In this document: piece after piece, positions 9,750-19,989 of the stretch
How positions within the stretch are numbered: position 1 is the stretch's first letter
Layout: each line of letters opens with the position of its first letter
Source of the DNA: Candidatus Altimarinota bacterium
GTDB lineage: Bacteria; Patescibacteriota; Gracilibacteria; CAIRYL01
DNA: 64,000 nucleotides
Reading direction: 5' to 3'
NCBI GenBank assembly: GCA_965250085.1
Contig: OZ252287.1
Coordinates: 608,001-672,000 of the forward strand
Made by a program: the position numbers and the translations under genes
The notes under the pieces: model-generated
Databases searched by the model: none
What the model saw: only the letters and a program-made list of their open reading frames with translations
Told to the model about the DNA's origin: nothing

Positions 9750-9797
9750 ATATGGTCAAAAAAAGCGATTACAATGTAGTTGGTTTCCATATATTCG

Positions 9798-10343
9798 TCA
9801 ATTATTTTGGTCTGTATCTTGTGAGTAAAAAGAATTGTCATAAACATTCTGTCCCAGAATTTCACGAGCAACTTCTTCATAACGCTGGAGTATATTGCGA
9901 ATTTTTTTTTGTAGTGTTCCATCGCTAGTGTCTCCTGCATGAGTAAAGATCTCTTTAATAACATCCGTAATTTCTTGAGGATATGAATTATCAGAATATC
10001 CATAAGAAAAGTATCTAAAAATTCTCTCAAGCGCTTCACAACACTGACATTCTTCTTGAGACGATATATGTGCTCCATGCTTGAGGGTCATTTTTGTGTG
10101 TTGCAAAACATTTACATCATCTTCTACAGTGGATGTTCTATTTTCTGTTCCTTCTCCTTCTCGATCATGATTTTCTATATCTCTAAGAAATTCTTGTGGT
10201 GTTTGTCCTCTGTATTGTATCCATTGTTCTGGTGGTGCATTGGGGGCATCTAAAGGTGGTCTGAGTTCTGTTTTCAAATTTCCAAAAAGTTCATGCACCC
10301 ACCTATCAGATGCTATCCAACTACCGGAGCGTTTGTTTACCAT
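9798..10343 (-). CDS. Hypothetical protein
   Basis: 181 aa ORF with its own consensus promoter. Confidence 0.6.
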   Translation of the reverse strand: MVNKRSGSWIASDRWVHELFGNLKTELRPPLDAPNAPPEQWIQYRGQTPQEFLRDIENHDREGEGTENRTSTVEDDVNVLQHTKMTLKHGAHISSQEECQCCEALERIFRYFSYGYSDNSYPQEITDVIKEIFTHAGDTSDGTLQKKIRNILQRYEEVAREILGQNVYDNSFYSQDTDQNN

Positions 10344-10363
10344 AGGAAATCATTTATATTCTT

Positions 10364-10391
10364 ATTATAAATATATTTATATATTTGTCAA
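10364..10391 (-). promoter_or_regulatory. Consensus sigma70 promoter
   Basis: TTGACA-16 nt-TATAAT, ending 20 nt upstream of ATG 10343. Confidence 0.65.
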
Positions 10392-10409
10392 ATATGTTCT
10401 GTAGCTTTT

Positions 10410-12281
10410 TTATGATTTCTTTCTCACAGGTAACTTTTTCAGAAAAAGTGCTTCAAATTCTTTTTGATCCAATGTTTCATTTTTGAGCAACGCTTTTGCT
10501 ACCGTATCCAAAGTTTTTCGATGTTTTTTGAGAATTGTTTCTGCCTTTTTCTCAGCCTTTTTGAGTAGCTTTTGAACCTCAGCATCTACCTTGGCGGCAA
10601 ATTCTTCAGAATATGCCCTATTGGACCCTGCTTCAACTCCAAATACTCCATATTCATTTTCACCAAACTCCATAGGTCCTATCTCACTCATTCCAAATCG
10701 CATCACCATATTACGAGCAATGCTCGTAGCCTGATGAATATCTCCAGAAGTACCAGAAGTAGTATCACCAAAAACAATTTTTTCTGCTATTCGTCCTCCC
10801 ATTGCCATGCACAGGTCTGCAAAATATTTTTTTGAATACTGAGCATATGTCACCTCGTCTGGTGCAGAGTACGTGACTCCAAGTGCTCGTCCACGAGGAA
10901 TAATTGTCACCTTTTTTATGGGATCTCCTTCGGGAATAATATGGGAAATTATGGCATGTCCGGCTTCGTGATAGGCGGTGTTTCTTTTTTCTTCGTCAGT
11001 AAGAATCAGTGATCTTTTTTCTGGTCCTAAAATTGTCTTTTCATGCGCAGAATGTAAATGCTTCATAGAAATTGTTTTTTTATTTTCTCGAGCGGCAAGA
11101 ATAGCGGCTTCATTGAGGAGGTTTTCCAAATCTGCTCCAGAAAACCCTGGGGTAATGCGAGCAATGTCTTTGAGGTTTGCGTTCTTGGCAATTGGCTTTC
11201 CCTTAGAATGGAGCTGCAAAATCTTTGTTCGTGCATCTATTTGTGGCAAATCAATAGTTACTCGACGATCAAATCTCCCGGGACGAAGAAGTGCTTTATC
11301 CAGTACATCAGGTCTGTTGGTCGCCGCCATGACAATTACATTCGTTTGATTATCAAATCCATCCATTTCTGTAAGAATCTGATTGAGTGTTTGTTCCCGT
11401 TCATCATGCCCACCACCAAGGCCTTGTCCACGCTGCTTTCCTACGGCGTCAATCTCGTCAATAAAAATAATTGCTGGAGCATTCTTTTTGGCCTTTTGAA
11501 ACAGATCTCTCACACGACTTGCTCCTACTCCTACAAACATCTCTACAAACTCTGATCCGGAAATAGAAAAAAATGGAACATGTGCTTCTCCTGCTACTGC
11601 ACGTGCCAAGAGAGTTTTTCCAGTTCCAGGAGGTCCAATGAGCAAAACTCCTTTTGGGATCTTTGCTCCCATCTTCGTAAACTTTTTTGGACTTTTAAGA
11701 AATTCAACGACTTCTTCCAATTCTTTTTTCGGTTCATCGCATCCCGCTACATCAGAAAATCGCGTTCTCCCCTGACCTTTATTGAAGAGTTTGTCTTTGG
11801 ATTTTCCAAAAGAAAATGCACCATTAGCTCCCTTAGAAAAGGCTCGCATCATAAAGAAAAATACGAGAATTATTAGGAAAAATGGGATAATGCGAGAAAG
11901 AAGGTCTGCCCAAAATTCTGAAGACTTTGTAGAAATATATTTGACTTCCGTATTCTGATTGATGAGAGGATTGTCAAATCCAAGATCAGAAATACTTTCT
12001 CGAGGATGAATAATCGCGAATATCTTTTTTTCATCTGTTTCCTTGAGAGATGCTTCTGCTTCTTCATTTTTTATTTCAATGCTACTGAGTTTTCCGAGTG
12101 AATACATCGACTGAAGTTCTGAGAGTGGAATTTCTTCTCTCTCAACCTGTTCCGTAAAGATCTCTTCACTAAAAGCAAATGTAATTGCTGTCAGTACAAG
12201 GAGGACAAGAAGAAAGTTTCTCCATGTTTTCTTGGAATTTGGGGCTTTACGTGGCATTCGTGGTGGAAGCGGACCTTGCAT
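10410..12281 (-). CDS. ftsH: ATP-dependent zinc metalloprotease FtsH
   Basis: Two TM segments, [23 protein letters not shown]. Confidence 0.98.
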   Translation of the reverse strand: MQGPLPPRMPRKAPNSKKTWRNFLLVLLVLTAITFAFSEEIFTEQVEREEIPLSELQSMYSLGKLSSIEIKNEEAEASLKETDEKKIFAIIHPRESISDLGFDNPLINQNTEVKYISTKSSEFWADLLSRIIPFFLIILVFFFMMRAFSKGANGAFSFGKSKDKLFNKGQGRTRFSDVAGCDEPKKELEEVVEFLKSPKKFTKMGAKIPKGVLLIGPPGTGKTLLARAVAGEAHVPFFSISGSEFVEMFVGVGASRVRDLFQKAKKNAPAIIFIDEIDAVGKQRGQGLGGGHDEREQTLNQILTEMDGFDNQTNVIVMAATNRPDVLDKALLRPGRFDRRVTIDLPQIDARTKILQLHSKGKPIAKNANLKDIARITPGFSGADLENLLNEAAILAARENKKTISMKHLHSAHEKTILGPEKRSLILTDEEKRNTAYHEAGHAIISHIIPEGDPIKKVTIIPRGRALGVTYSAPDEVTYAQYSKKYFADLCMAMGGRIAEKIVFGDTTSGTSGDIHQATSIARNMVMRFGMSEIGPMEFGENEYGVFGVEAGSNRAYSEEFAAKVDAEVQKLLKKAEKKAETILKKHRKTLDTVAKALLKNETLDQKEFEALFLKKLPVRKKS

Positions 12282-12356
12282 TGAAGAAGAGAAATGGAAA
12301 AAGCTGATCTATTGTAAGAGACCAAACTTTAAGTTGCAAAAGATTTTCCTGATTTC

Positions 12357-13157
12357 CTAGCTTTTTCCAAGCTTGGTCACATCCCACGACCGAAAAGAAA
12401 TATCCTCAAGTTCCTCATAAGTATCAAATTCCTGATGATCAAAAACATGTATTTTGAAAAAATTATATTTTTGTTGGAGTGCAGAATTCTCTTGGGCAAA
12501 TTGACGAAATACGTTCCCGTGCATTCTATAGAGGAGCAAACTTTCAGCGAAATCCTCAAAAGGATCTGTCATAGCATATCCTCCTACAAAATCTTGAGCT
12601 GTTATTCCCTCTTTTATCTGAGATTCATTTTCCCAAGAAATGCGATAAAATTGGAAACTAAGGTCATTTTTAAAAATCGGAAGATGTCCATCTTTAAATT
12701 CACTTTTTTCTGCTCTTGGGTCACCCCTGAGTCCTCCCAAGTCAATTACATGAGCAAATTCATGAAGCAGAAGTGTTTCGATTTCAGGCTTTGAAAACAC
12801 ATCACTTCTCAGTTTTAAGATGGAACGACCAGAAAGTGCTCGTGGCATATTCGGATCTTCAATAACTTCTATGGTTTTGAGACTTTGCAAAAGATTACAG
12901 GGGAATTTTTGTAAAGCAGCTTCAAAAACATGAGTATACACATCGTCTTTCCAAGGATACCCAGCAGGAATATGACATTCAAGATCGTCTGTAGCCTTAG
13001 ATGGTGATGCCTTTTGGAACGAAGAAATCCTGTGAGAAGCAATTGATGTTGATATTTCTTCTCCTGCACTGGAAAATTGTCGCTCTTCCTCAGATAAGGC
13101 TTCAGGGAAAACGAAGAAAAGCAAAACGCTGATAAAGAGAGAAAAGAAGTGCTTCAT
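12357..13157 (-). CDS. Secreted zincin-like metallopeptidase
   Basis: Signal peptide, HEFAH and YAMTDPFEDFAES. Confidence 0.75.
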   Translation of the reverse strand: MKHFFSLFISVLLFFVFPEALSEEERQFSSAGEEISTSIASHRISSFQKASPSKATDDLECHIPAGYPWKDDVYTHVFEAALQKFPCNLLQSLKTIEVIEDPNMPRALSGRSILKLRSDVFSKPEIETLLLHEFAHVIDLGGLRGDPRAEKSEFKDGHLPIFKNDLSFQFYRISWENESQIKEGITAQDFVGGYAMTDPFEDFAESLLLYRMHGNVFRQFAQENSALQQKYNFFKIHVFDHQEFDTYEELEDISFRSWDVTKLGKS

Positions 13158-13267
13158 AATATGCTGTCCTTGATACTTAGAGAGAGAAAGAAAAAAAGCA
13201 AGGGGATGATAATTTCATATTTTTATATATCTGTCAAGTAGACATCGTGTATTTTCTCAGAAACAAT

Positions 13268-14353
13268 ATGTACATGGATTTACATGCTATGCATCGTGCC
13301 ACAAAACTTGCCATCAGAGGAATCGGATACACAAAGTCCAATCCTTTGGTAGGGTGTGTTCTTAAGAAGAATAAAAAAATTATTGGCGAGGGTTGGCATG
13401 AGCAATTTGGAACGTCTCACGCGGAAATAAATGCTCTTCAAAATGCGGAAAAGAAAGGACACTCTGCTAAAAATTCTGAAGTCTTTCTCACTTTAGAACC
13501 ATGTTTTCATACCGGTAAAACTCCTCCTTGTGTTGATGTGCTCATAAAAAAACAGGTGAAGTCTGTTCATGTTCTTTTTTCAGACCCAAATCCAGAAACA
13601 CAGGGGAATTCACTTCAGAAACTACAAGAACACGGAATTGAAGTTTTTGAGAACTACGATCACCTGAATCGGCAATATGAATATATCTATGAAGATTTTT
13701 TCCACTGGATCACACAAAAAAAACCATTTATGACCCTGAAGATGGCACTGGATACTGGAGGATATATTTCTGATGGAAGCAACGAGAAGCTTTGTATCAC
13801 TGGAAAAGAAGCAAAGAAGTATACTCATTTTTTGAGACAAAAACACGAAGCCGTTCTCGTTGGAGTCCAAACCATCTGCACCGACAATCCTCATTTGGGT
13901 GTCCGACATGGAGATTTTTATCAAGGGTACAGAGATCCACTCAGAATTATTTTTGATCCGCACTGCAGATCTCCTCAAGACGCAACTGTGTTTCGGGATG
14001 AAAACTTTCTCATCATAGTAGCACCAGAGTCAGAGCAGAAGGCACAAAGAATATTTGGGAAAAGGATTCACACTCTTCCACTGTTGGAAAATAATATGTT
14101 TGACTTACCTCAATTTCAAAAAGATATGTGGGGTCTTAAAATTCCCAGTATTTTGGTAGAAGGAGGCAAAAAAACAAATAGAGAATTTCTGAAACAAAAA
14201 TGTGTCAATAAAGGGGTGCTCTACGTTTCTCCAAAAACCCTTGTAAAAGAAGGGCTCAAAGGAATTGATTTTCGAGATACTCCCGAGTTTGAACAACAAC
14301 GAACTGAAAAATTGAGCGAAGATACTCTTTTTGAAGGAAGATTCATATTCTAG
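13268..14353 (+). CDS. ribD: Bifunctional riboflavin deaminase/reductase
   Basis: NPLVG, HAE, LEPC..GKTPPC, DNPHL and ILVEGG; start is approximate. Confidence 0.95.
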   Translation: MYMDLHAMHRATKLAIRGIGYTKSNPLVGCVLKKNKKIIGEGWHEQFGTSHAEINALQNAEKKGHSAKNSEVFLTLEPCFHTGKTPPCVDVLIKKQVKSVHVLFSDPNPETQGNSLQKLQEHGIEVFENYDHLNRQYEYIYEDFFHWITQKKPFMTLKMALDTGGYISDGSNEKLCITGKEAKKYTHFLRQKHEAVLVGVQTICTDNPHLGVRHGDFYQGYRDPLRIIFDPHCRSPQDATVFRDENFLIIVAPESEQKAQRIFGKRIHTLPLLENNMFDLPQFQKDMWGLKIPSILVEGGKKTNREFLKQKCVNKGVLYVSPKTLVKEGLKGIDFRDTPEFEQQRTEKLSEDTLFEGRFIF

Positions 14354-14356
14354 CGC

Positions 14357-14415
14357 CTCCCTTGAAAAGGGAGATTGGGTGGATTTAATAAACCTCTTTT
14401 AATTTCCCCTTTCCC
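14357..14415 (+). repeat. REP-like palindrome
   Basis: CTCCCTTGAAAAGGGAG-ATTGGGTGGATTT. Confidence 0.65.
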
Positions 14416-14486
14416 CATCCGATTCTGATACTCATGGACAGAAACAGACGCGCGCTAGCGAAAAAAGAATAAAGAAAAGAGAAAAA

Positions 14487-15533
14487 TCAATTCTCAATAT
14501 CCCCCCTTACCGCGGCACGAACCCGCGTGTACTCATACTGAAGATCCAAAATAACACTGTCGAGATAAACATAGCGAAGATCAGATCTCCAGGCACCATC
14601 GGCAACTTGGTCCCATCTGTGTATTTCAGGAAGCAAGGTGTATGTTTCTGCATCAACAGGTTCCCCATTTTTCATCTTTCGCATCTGTAAAAGAATATAG
14701 TCAGCATACTCAAGTCCACTCATGTTCTTAGGACCAAAATGAGCCCTAAAGCTCTCAATACGCTCTCTGTTCGTGGGAACATACTCTTCATCATTTCTTT
14801 TCCATGTCCTTTCATTCCACTCACCTTGATCAGTCATTTCTGTGGCTCCGTCTGTGATGCAAAACCGCCATTTGAGTACCTTCCCGATTTTAAAACGCTG
14901 CACATCTTCTTGTGGGAGTTCTGATTTTTTGATCCTGTCTGCTTCCAAGGCAAATGATTTTTCTGGAAAATCAAGAAACGCAGCTTCATTCGCATTGCTT
15001 GGTTCTCTGCAAGCAGGAGAATTGATTGCTTGCTTAAAACGAGAAAGATTTGCCACAGGTACGAGCTGCAATGTAGGTTCTCTGAAATTTCGTATCTCTT
15101 CCCATTGAACTGAGGTTACAGAAGCAAGTACTGCCCTCTTCACCGCATCAACATCTGGAAGAGGTATGTCCCCTAACTCTGAGTCTACTTCAAACATTTG
15201 CGCTGTAGATAATGCCTCAGAATACTGTTGATCCACAAATGTCGACGGCTCTTCTAAGCCAGATGGTGTGTCTTGAGCATATTCGACTTTCAGATTCAAA
15301 TTTCGAATTGCGCTGGAAACTCCTATTTGAATCACTTTAAAAGCTTCCCCTTTCATAAACTGCATCACTTCCTCTGGAATTTGATCTTCAGGAGTTCCAA
15401 AGTTTTTATAAATATCGGTGAGACCCTCTCTTAACTGATTCTCATCAGAAGCAGAGGAAAGGAGCCTCTCAATTTCGCTTTTAAGGTCAGGATGACTCTC
15501 TCTAATAGGTTTTTCAGAAGATACTTCTGTCAT
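14487..15533 (-). CDS. Hypothetical protein with a DGR variable-region-like (CLec-type) C-terminus
   Basis: Ends ADGAWRSDLRYVYLDSVILDLQYEYTRVRAAVRG; 20 of 25 codons in that stretch are NNY. Confidence 0.65.
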   Translation of the reverse strand: MTEVSSEKPIRESHPDLKSEIERLLSSASDENQLREGLTDIYKNFGTPEDQIPEEVMQFMKGEAFKVIQIGVSSAIRNLNLKVEYAQDTPSGLEEPSTFVDQQYSEALSTAQMFEVDSELGDIPLPDVDAVKRAVLASVTSVQWEEIRNFREPTLQLVPVANLSRFKQAINSPACREPSNANEAAFLDFPEKSFALEADRIKKSELPQEDVQRFKIGKVLKWRFCITDGATEMTDQGEWNERTWKRNDEEYVPTNRERIESFRAHFGPKNMSGLEYADYILLQMRKMKNGEPVDAETYTLLPEIHRWDQVADGAWRSDLRYVYLDSVILDLQYEYTRVRAAVRGDIEN

Positions 15534-15551
15534 GTGTAAATAGAATTATAT

Positions 15552-16593
15552 CCTCAATTCGAGTTTGAAGTGCACCACCTCGGAAGAATTTAATACTCTA
15601 GGTGCATGAACAACTATGAACACTTCAGTAAGAGCGAGAGACAAGAACTCTTAATACTCCACTCCAAAGGGTATTCGATGAGATCGATAGCCAAAGCGAT
15701 GAACAGGAGTCACTCTACAATCATCAGAGAGCTCAAGCGGAAGATGAAGAGAGGAGGATACGATGCGTGTAAGGCTCATCAAAAAGCACAGAACAAAAGA
15801 AGATTTAGTAAATACCAAGGAATGAAGGTACGTGAGGATGATGAGATAGAGAAGTATATGCGAGAAAAGATGTTGTTAAAATGGTCACCAGAGAAGATTG
15901 CAGGAGTACTGTACTTGGAGAAGAGAGTTCGTATTGGGAAAGATGCCATCTATACATATCTCTACAGTGCACACGGACAAGACCTATGTCCTCTTCTTTA
16001 TCGCAAGAGATATAGGAAGCGTAAACGGAGAAAGAAGAAATCAAAGCATGAAATCATCAAAGATAGAGTGTTTATTGCCCAAAGACCTCAGCATATCAAC
16101 CAGAAGAAAAGATTTGGACACTACGAAGGAGATACCATGGGCAGACCCAAGAAAGCTTCCCCACAAACTCTTGTCATCGTTAGAGAACGACTCTCTCGTA
16201 AAATATTCGTGAAGAAGGTGTCTCGGCTCAGAGAATCCATGCAGGGATTTGGAGACATTCTGCACCAACTCCCTGCATACTCACTTACCTTGGACAACGG
16301 TGTAGAAAACACAAGATATAAAGACTTAAGAATCCCTATTTATTTTTGTGACCCCTACTCTTCTTGGCAAAAAGGCTCTGTAGAAAACGCCATTGGAAAA
16401 CTTAGAAAATTTGTCCCTAAGAAAGCTGACCTCAAGAATTTCTCTCAAAACCAGTTACAATCCTTTGTTGATACTCTTAACAACACTCCCATGAAAGTTC
16501 TCGGCTTTAGAACTCCCACCCATGTCTTTGACTTCTATAACAATCTCTAATATCTTTTTATCCCAAGTGGTGCACTTCACCACAGAATGCGGG
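15552..16593 (+). mobile_element. IS30 family insertion sequence
   Basis: 27-bp imperfect terminal IRs (core TGAAGTGCACCAC / GTGGTGCACTTCA) and a TAT duplication at 15549-15551 / 16594-16596. Confidence 0.9.
15606..16550 (+). CDS. IS30 family transposase
   Basis: HTH (SMRSIAKAMNRSHSTIIRELKR), WSPEKIAG, EGDT, LTLDNGVE and PYSSWQKGSVEN. Confidence 0.95.
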   Translation: MNNYEHFSKSERQELLILHSKGYSMRSIAKAMNRSHSTIIRELKRKMKRGGYDACKAHQKAQNKRRFSKYQGMKVREDDEIEKYMREKMLLKWSPEKIAGVLYLEKRVRIGKDAIYTYLYSAHGQDLCPLLYRKRYRKRKRRKKKSKHEIIKDRVFIAQRPQHINQKKRFGHYEGDTMGRPKKASPQTLVIVRERLSRKIFVKKVSRLRESMQGFGDILHQLPAYSLTLDNGVENTRYKDLRIPIYFCDPYSSWQKGSVENAIGKLRKFVPKKADLKNFSQNQLQSFVDTLNNTPMKVLGFRTPTHVFDFYNNL

Positions 16594-16757
16594 TATCCAA
16601 AAAGGCGATTATAATACGCGCTTATGTTTATTTGTCAAGAAAAATTTTGACAAAATACTCCAGAACAGGGGATTAACCTTATGAAAAACAATTTACAAAG
16701 AATCTTTTTTGAGCTACACTTCCCTCCTTCATTCACGCATATTGCACACATAATAAT

Positions 16758-17564
16758 ATGAAGCAACTCATCACTCTTTTTGGCATTCTCAGTATCTTGT
16801 TTGCCAACACCGCGTATGCAGAAAATATTCAGCTTACTCCAAGCATAGAGCAATATACCGAATCTATTGATATGGATGATCTGCTGGCATCAGAAACAAA
16901 AATACTTGTCCTCGATTCCTCCAAAAATGCATATGATGAATATGCATTTACCAGAGAAGAAATTGCCTTTCTTCAAGATCAAGGAAAGGTGGTATTGGCC
17001 TCTCTTACTCTTACCGAAGCAGAGATTTGGAGATTTTATTGGAATGATCAGTGGGAAGTGGCCTCTCTCAGTGTTCCCTGCTATGAAACCTACATTCGAA
17101 AAACACGAAATATCTTTGATTGGAGGCGATGTAACACAGATCTTCAAAAACCCCAGTGGTTAGGCCCTCAAAATCCAAGAAATGGAAAATATCGAGTGCG
17201 ATATTGGCAGCAAGACTGGTTTGAAGATGCTCTGCTTCCCTCTCTCGAACGCATTGCTTCCGCTGGATTTGATGGTGTGTATTTGGAAACAAATGAAGAT
17301 ATTGGATTTTGGAAGAGCTCCACAGGAAACTCAAAGTATTCCGTCACGTTTTTGACAGATCAAATGATGAGGCTTGTCTCTAGAATAAAAAATAATGGCA
17401 TGCAGTTTTCAGGTCAGAATGAATTTTTTGTAACAATTGATATTGCTGACTTCCTCTTGAATCGAAATAAAAAGGGAAAGAAGTATCGCCACAATGAAAA
17501 TTTTTACTTTGCAGAAAATATCGATACATTTGCAGAAATTCTGGAAAAACATTTTGACTCCTAA
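16758..17564 (+). CDS. Secreted GH114/TM1410-like glycoside hydrolase (divergent)
   Basis: Signal peptide; EAEIWRFYW, YRVRYW and AGFDGVYL motifs. Confidence 0.7.
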   Translation: MKQLITLFGILSILFANTAYAENIQLTPSIEQYTESIDMDDLLASETKILVLDSSKNAYDEYAFTREEIAFLQDQGKVVLASLTLTEAEIWRFYWNDQWEVASLSVPCYETYIRKTRNIFDWRRCNTDLQKPQWLGPQNPRNGKYRVRYWQQDWFEDALLPSLERIASAGFDGVYLETNEDIGFWKSSTGNSKYSVTFLTDQMMRLVSRIKNNGMQFSGQNEFFVTIDIADFLLNRNKKGKKYRHNENFYFAENIDTFAEILEKHFDS

Positions 17565-17722
17565 CCTTTGAGATTTTACAATTACTTCCGAAATGAAGAT
17601 TCTTTCATCCATTCAGGCGCCATATTATTTTTTCTTTGAATAGTCTCCAAGGAAAGTGCTCGCATATCACATTTACTAAAAAGCGCTTTCCTCATGAGGG
17701 TGTTATTTTTTTATATACCTCT

Positions 17723-19429
17723 ATGAAACATTGCACAGTTGGCATTATCGGTGGAAAAGGGAAAATGGGGCAATTTTTTGCCAGATTTTTTGAACACAAT
17801 GGATGCCAAGTTCTCATTTCTGATAAACGAACAAAACTCACAAATACACAAGTGGCGAGAAAGTCTGACATTGTAATCATTTCTGTCCCCATGGACAAAG
17901 TAGAGCACGTCATAGAAGAAGTAGGTCCTCATATGAAAAAAAGGGATTTGCTCATGGATGTAAATTCTATAAAGGAACCAGTACTCAAAAAGATGCTTGA
18001 ATGCTCAAAGAGTGCCGTACTGGGATGTCATCCACTTTTTGGACCAACAAATGTACTCCAAGGACAGGTTTGTGTGTTTTGTTCAGGGAGAGGTAAAAAG
18101 TGGGAAACTCTTATGAAGGACCTCTTTGAACAAAATGGTGCAGAAGTTCGATTTTTGAAAGCTCGTGAACATGATGAGCTTATGACTATTGTGCAGGGCC
18201 TTATGCACTTTTTGGATATTGCCGCTACAAAAACGCTACAAAGTACTCGGGTTCCTATCAAAAAATACTTTGATTTTCGCTCTCCTTCATATCGTCTGAA
18301 GCTTGATCTTATGGGTCGCACACTTTTTCAAGATGCAAATCTTTATGGCAATATTCAAATGCAAAACCCTCAAACAGTAGCAGTTCTCAAAAAGTTTTTT
18401 CACAATGCACACGAACTTCTCAGTATTATTGAAGAAAATAATATGAAGGAATTTCAAAAATATTGGACTGAATGCCAGAAGTACCTAGGGGATATGGCTG
18501 AGGTGTGTCAGGCTGAGTCAGATGAGATTATTGACTTTCTTTCTGCTGCATCTGCTTCACATGACGACACGTGGATCCAAGACGAACGAGTAGGTAATCT
18601 TGGGGTTTTGGGTCCGGAAAATACATTTTCTCATCTGGCAGCACAAAAATTTTTTCCAAAAGAAAAATCACTGGTGTTTTTTCGAACAATTCCAGAAATG
18701 TTTTTGACCTTTGAAAAAAAGAAAGTGCAAAATGTATTTCTCCCTGTAGAAAATAAGATACACGGAACTGTAGGAGAAACATTGGATGGACTTTTTGAGT
18801 CATCCGGGAAAATTCAAGCCATGTTTTCACTTCCAATTCACCTTACACTCGCCGGACTACATGGGAGTAAGCTCAAAAAAATTCAAAAAATATCCTCTCA
18901 TCCCCAAGCACTGGCCCAGTGCTCTGATGTGCTTAAAAAAATACTTCCGCATGCGGAGCTTGTCCCCGCGTCTTCAACTGCGATTGCTCTCCATGAGATT
19001 CTTAAAAAATCAGACCCATGTCATGCAGTAATTTGTGCTACCCAAGCAGCACAAAACATGGGACTAAATATTCTTGCCACAGATATTTCAAATACTCAGG
19101 AAAATGAGACGCGTTTTATTCTTCTCTCGCATGAAAAAGATAAAATTCTCTCGGCATCATCAAAATTTCAAAGCTCCGTTGTGTTCTACTTTGACCATGA
19201 CTCTCCCGGATCATTGGCTTCTGTGCTCAGCGACTTTTCAGGAGCAAATATTAACCTTACTAAAATAGAATCAAGGCCAGCAGGAAGAAATTTTGGAGAA
19301 TACTTATTCTTCCTCGACTTTGAAGGAAAAATCTACAATGACGCTGTTCAGGAAGTCCTCACAAAAGTAGAACACAAAGTAGCAATGCTCAAGGTTTTGG
19401 GATCGTATCCATTAATTTCGAAGGCATAA
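17723..19429 (+). CDS. tyrA-pheA: Fused prephenate dehydrogenase - prephenate dehydratase (with ACT domain)
   Basis: GIIGGKGKMG, HPLFGP and EHDELM; then LGPENTFS, SHPQALAQC, NETRF and INLTKIESRP. Confidence 0.9.
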   Translation: MKHCTVGIIGGKGKMGQFFARFFEHNGCQVLISDKRTKLTNTQVARKSDIVIISVPMDKVEHVIEEVGPHMKKRDLLMDVNSIKEPVLKKMLECSKSAVLGCHPLFGPTNVLQGQVCVFCSGRGKKWETLMKDLFEQNGAEVRFLKAREHDELMTIVQGLMHFLDIAATKTLQSTRVPIKKYFDFRSPSYRLKLDLMGRTLFQDANLYGNIQMQNPQTVAVLKKFFHNAHELLSIIEENNMKEFQKYWTECQKYLGDMAEVCQAESDEIIDFLSAASASHDDTWIQDERVGNLGVLGPENTFSHLAAQKFFPKEKSLVFFRTIPEMFLTFEKKKVQNVFLPVENKIHGTVGETLDGLFESSGKIQAMFSLPIHLTLAGLHGSKLKKIQKISSHPQALAQCSDVLKKILPHAELVPASSTAIALHEILKKSDPCHAVICATQAAQNMGLNILATDISNTQENETRFILLSHEKDKILSASSKFQSSVVFYFDHDSPGSLASVLSDFSGANINLTKIESRPAGRNFGEYLFFLDFEGKIYNDAVQEVLTKVEHKVAMLKVLGSYPLISKA

Positions 19430-19436
19430 AAATATA

Positions 19437-19916
19437 CTATTTTTTGTCCAAAGACGGTTGTCCAACAAGCACGCCTGGATCCCTTTGAATGCTCCCTAAA
19501 CATGTCTCATCATCATGAAACAGTGTAAGGAGTTTTTCTTGCTCTAAGGGAGAGAAAGGCTCTTTCCCTGCAATTTCATCCCATAATGATTCCAATTGTT
19601 CATTTTCATCCTCACTGCATTCATCTCTGCCAAGAACATATTTCATGAGCCCCATATAAAAAGGGCGATATCTTTCTTCTAGAGAGGAAAATATACGAGC
19701 TAATTCTGGATCGAGGCTGTATTCAGCAGGTGAATATGATTCTCCTTGAGTCTGCCCCCTAAGGCACATTGTGGAGCCTCCTCCTTCAGTCAAGCTGGGC
19801 AAGATGGCGATGAATGCCGTGAGAGTAATCCTACGTACTTTTCTTACGGCTCTTGATTTTATTGGAGGGCTCAAAGTTGTTTCCCGTGTACTTTTGTAAC
19901 GATCCAAGGAAGTCAT
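19437..19916 (-). CDS. Hypothetical protein (N-terminal TM/signal segment)
   Basis: 159 aa ORF with upstream TTGACA-17-CAAAAT. Confidence 0.55.
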   Translation of the reverse strand: MTSLDRYKSTRETTLSPPIKSRAVRKVRRITLTAFIAILPSLTEGGGSTMCLRGQTQGESYSPAEYSLDPELARIFSSLEERYRPFYMGLMKYVLGRDECSEDENEQLESLWDEIAGKEPFSPLEQEKLLTLFHDDETCLGSIQRDPGVLVGQPSLDKK

Positions 19917-19989
19917 ACTCTTTAAAAAGAATTGTATGATATTTTGAATGTTAATTTATATTTTGTCAATATTTTATCTGCTTTCTCGA

